DNA of 61,919 nucleotides, filler included, from Choristocarpus tenellus KU-1152 (lineage: Eukaryota; Protista; Phaeophyceae), in assembly GCA_964200185.2 (NCBI GenBank). It is 11 parts of 11 records of this genome, joined end to end, with 100 filler letters (N's around TTAATTAATTAA, not from the genome) between each part and the next. Parts side by side here need not be neighbours in the genome. Positions count along the whole stretch, not along the records: positions 58,032 to 61,919 come from CAXNAD020017344.1; 10 more parts are not named here. One strand, 5' to 3'. This document shows, in pieces, positions 61,324-61,919 of the stretch. The position numbers and the translations under genes were made by a program. The notes beneath the pieces are model-generated. The model saw nothing but the letters and a program-made list of their open reading frames with translations. It made no database searches and was not told where the DNA came from. Numbering within the stretch: position 1 is the stretch's first letter; every line of letters begins with the position of its first letter.

Positions 61324-61919
61324 CTAAACATAGTCTAAATTTAGCAAAGACCATGCATGCCTCCAAAAAGATATTTCTGCTGAAGGCTTGGTCAAGATAT
61401 CTGCGTGTTGCTCATCTGAGCTTACATGAACAATCCTTATTTGTCCATTTGCTACCAAGTCCCTTAGAAAATGATGCCGTACATCTATATGCTTTGTCCT
61501 GCCCAAACTCAAAGGATTGTTTGCCAAATGGATGGCTCCTGTGTCGTCTTCATACACTACATAACACGATCCAGTCCTATCTGGTTGCAAGAACTCCAAC
61601 ACACCTCGCAAAAACAACAACTCCTTTACACAGTCTCCCATCGCTGTGTATTGACTCAAAGCATCTGGAAGGGGGTGGCGACTGGCCATTTGGGATAAAT
61701 TTTTCATATCGCGATTTTTGGGTGATTTGGTTGCATACGTCGGATGGTTACTGCAAATGCACTTTTCCAGATTTTGACCCAAATGGACACCCTAGTATAG
61801 ACCTACCCCCACCTCCCGGATACTTTGGGTCATTTTGACTCTGTAGTCGACTATGCTATGACACGTTGAGTCCTGGAAAGCCAAGAAACTCCTGCCTCCC
61901 CACACATTACTACCCCACC
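61324..61919 (-). mobile_element. Ty1/Copia RNase H remnant interrupted by a MITE
   Basis: GGVVMCGEAGVSWLSRTQRVIA*STTESK|YTAMGDCVKELLFLRGVL...VYEDDTGAIHLANNPLSLGRTKHIDVRHHFLRDLV...HVSSDEQHADILTKP. Confidence 0.92.
61653..61831. mobile_element. MITE family 2, copy B, flanked by ATT/ATT
   Basis: TIRs GACTCAAAGCATCTGG ... CCGGATACTTTGGGTC; removing the element plus one ATT restores the Copia frame (ESKYTAMG). Confidence 0.9.

Noticed and set aside
61324-61782. 152-aa ORF as a novel fusion protein
   Set aside because: It is chance read-through from a MITE into a Copia RNase H remnant that has an upstream stop.

Overview
This is not one contiguous locus. It is 11 eukaryotic contig pieces joined by an artificial N44-TTAATTAATTAA-N44 linker, which has stop codons in all six frames. 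The pieces are 1-3479, 3580-6772, 6873-18950, 19051-23150, 23251-25841, 25942-30258, 30359-33490, 33591-43286, 43387-52419, 52520-57931 and 58032-61919. The DNA is intron-rich (GT-AG) and rich in transposon remnants. A FirrV-1-B30-like domain gene, the style of the REL-LINE and Copia remnants, ASAFAP-like plastid presequences and TTAGGG motifs point to a brown alga (Phaeophyceae) or close stramenopile; this is inference. Spliced genes reconstructed by hand: a complete RNF5/RMA1-type RING E3 ligase, a probably complete TMEM242/DUF1358-like gene, and partial PAB (chloroplast ATPase biogenesis), DUF179/YqgE-AlgH, DNA polymerase kappa, tubulin cofactor C, LamG-domain, amino-acid transporter, Sel1-repeat, FirrV-1-B30-like, possible Fab1/PIKfyve and possible NEK-tail genes. 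Mobile DNA includes DD39D mariner, another IS630/Tc1/mariner element, Copia, Gypsy, REL-type LINE ends and two related MITE families. I found no CRISPR array and no new multi-gene system that the sequence supports. The best leads are CpG-island-like versus CpG-depleted domains, a stop-inserting CAGTAG tandem acceptor in PAB, a compact head-to-head pair of plastid genes, a decaying NEK-like C-terminus and two MITE families sharing a terminal core. All family assignments come from recognised motifs, not database searches.
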